DNA from: Rhodanobacter sp.
GTDB lineage: Bacteria > Pseudomonadota > Gammaproteobacteria > Xanthomonadales > Rhodanobacteraceae
Assembly (NCBI GenBank): GCA_036563155.1
Contig: DATCMT010000026.1
Span: forward strand, 7,034-71,033
Length of the DNA stretch: 64,000 bases
Direction: 5' to 3'
The translations under genes and the position numbers were made by a program. The notes under the pieces were generated by a model. It made no database searches and was not told the DNA's origin. It worked only from the letters and a program-made list of their open reading frames with translations. Below are positions 62,416-64,000 of this stretch, piece after piece (position 1 is the first letter of the stretch; each line of letters opens with the position of its first letter).

Positions 62416-64000
62416 GTGTTCCGCAGCAGTTCGCTGCGGCCTCATTGAAGCTCCTGCGGCCGTGCGTTGCGCGCAGCCACCGCCGTCGTGTTCCGCAGCA
62501 GTTCGCTGCGGCCTCATTGAAGCCGACGTACTTGTTGCCTTTCTTGATGCACGGGACGGTGTTCCGCAGCAGTTCGCTGCGGCCTCATTGAAGCCGCCAT
62601 GTTGGTCAGCCATGCGGTCATCAATGCCTCGTGTTCCGCAGCAGTTCGCTGCGGCCTCATTGAAGCAACCCACTGCATTTGATCTACCTGCCGCGCGCAG
62701 CGGCGTGTTCCGCAGCAGTTCGCTGCGGCCTCATTGAAGCTACTACTACGGCGAGACGCCGCCGTCCGAGTTGCGGGTGTTCCGCAGCAGTTCGCTGCGG
62801 CCTCATTGAAGCTATCTGTGGGCGTGCAACCTGTACGTGTCCGCTTGCGGTGTTCCGCAGCAGTTCGCTGCGGCCTCATTGAAGCAGGTACTCCTTGAGT
62901 GAGTGGTGTTGGGGGAGGTCGGTGTTCCGCAGCAGTTCGCTGCGGCCTCATTGAAGCCGGATCAGCAGCAAGGCGCCGGCACGCAACGTACTGAGTGTTC
63001 CGCAGCAGTTCGCTGCGGCCTCATTGAAGCGCGCAGGCCTGGAAGATGGCCGCCTGTTGAAGGCCCGTGTTCCGCAGCAGTTCGCTGCGGCCTCATTGAA
63101 GCAAGGTCAAGGGCGTATCGACGTACTACAACAAGGACGGGTGTTCCGCAGCAGTTCGCTGCGGCCTCATTGAAGCACTTCCCATCGCTATTCTCCTTTG
63201 TCGCCTTTGCCGTTGTGTTCCGCAGCAGTTCGCTGCGGCCTCATTGAAGCTACGTCCACGCGGTGACCGGCGTACTACCACCAAGCGTGTTCCGCAGCAG
63301 TTCGCTGCGGCCTCATTGAAGCCGCCACGGCTACGTGTCGGGCGAAGCGGCTGTGTGGGTGTTCCGCAGCAGTTCGCTGCGGCCTCATTGAAGCGCGCTG
63401 GCCTCCGGCGTCAACACCCGCTCGATGGGCGTGTTCCGCAGCAGTTCGCTGCGGCCTCATTGAAGCGCTTCGTTCTGCGCGATGCGGGGGATGCTGGGTG
63501 CAGTGTTCCGCAGCAGTTCGCTGCGGCCTCATTGAAGCGGCGGCACGGGTGGCGAAACTGACGAGAAACGGCTTGTGTTCCGCAGCAGTTCGCTGCGGCC
63601 TCATTGAAGCGGCTCGGGCCGCGTCCCAGCCGGCGTGTCGATCGTGTGTTCCGCAGCAGTTCGCTGCGGCCTCATTGAAGCGGATAGCGCGCCGGTCTAC
63701 TCCGCGACGCTGATTGTCGTGTTCCGCAGCAGTTCGCTGCGGCCTCATTGAAGCTCGCTGGTGTAGGCGGTATCCCAGTTGCTGGCCGTGGTGTTCCGCA
63801 GCAGTTCGCTGCGGCCTCATTGAAGCATGATCGAAGCCGACGAATCGATCAACGTCCGCGACGTGTTCCGCAGCAGTTCGCTGCGGCCTCATTGAAGCGC
63901 CGACTCCACTCGCGCGGTTAACGATGCCTACGGTGTGTTCCGCAGCAGTTCGCTGCGGCCTCATTGAAGCCAGCCTCGCCTGCTGACCGTAACCGGTGGC
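62416..64000 (+). CRISPR. Type I-G CRISPR array, 22 identical 36-bp repeats, 21 full spacers (35-38 nt) plus one truncated
   Basis: Repeat GTGTTCCGCAGCAGTTCGCTGCGGCCTCATTGAAGC (stem CCGCAGC/GCTGCGG, 5-nt loop, ATTGAAGC end) from 62416-62451 to 63935-63970; probably continues past the window. Confidence 0.99.

Noticed and set aside
62348-63964. Several ORFs across the CRISPR array
   Set aside because: Artefacts of stop-free repeats.

Overview
High-GC bacterial window; gene content suggests a Rhodanobacteraceae/Xanthomonadales chromosome (inference). Positions 1-47.4 kb are core-like: two TonB-dependent receptors (one behind a Zur-like box), an AraC regulator, cca, an LTA-synthase-family gene, a GTAG-REP cluster, folate genes (pteridine reductase, folK, folB), dbpA, glutaminyl cyclase, a CHASE-PAS-GGDEF-EAL protein, hrpB, a complete xps-type T2SS (E-F-G-H-I-J-K-L-M-N-D) preceded by a YadA-like adhesin and an M4 protease, tatD, and monomeric icd. 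After a frameshifted LysM gene at about 47.5 kb begins an accessory defence region: a wHTH/pRiA4b-ORF3 fusion, a HIRAN protein, a Phd-VapC pair, and a type I-G CRISPR-Cas locus (cas3, cas8g, cas7g, csb2, cas4-cas1, cas2, at least 22 repeats running off the window). The most striking feature is a Pol-beta-type nucleotidyltransferase gene overlapping both cas3 and cas8g, while Cas8g carries a 79-aa N-terminal extension that looks like the NTase's small partner protein fused in frame. An XPF/ERCC4-HhH nuclease and a decayed RHH-VapC pair sit between the effector and adaptation modules.
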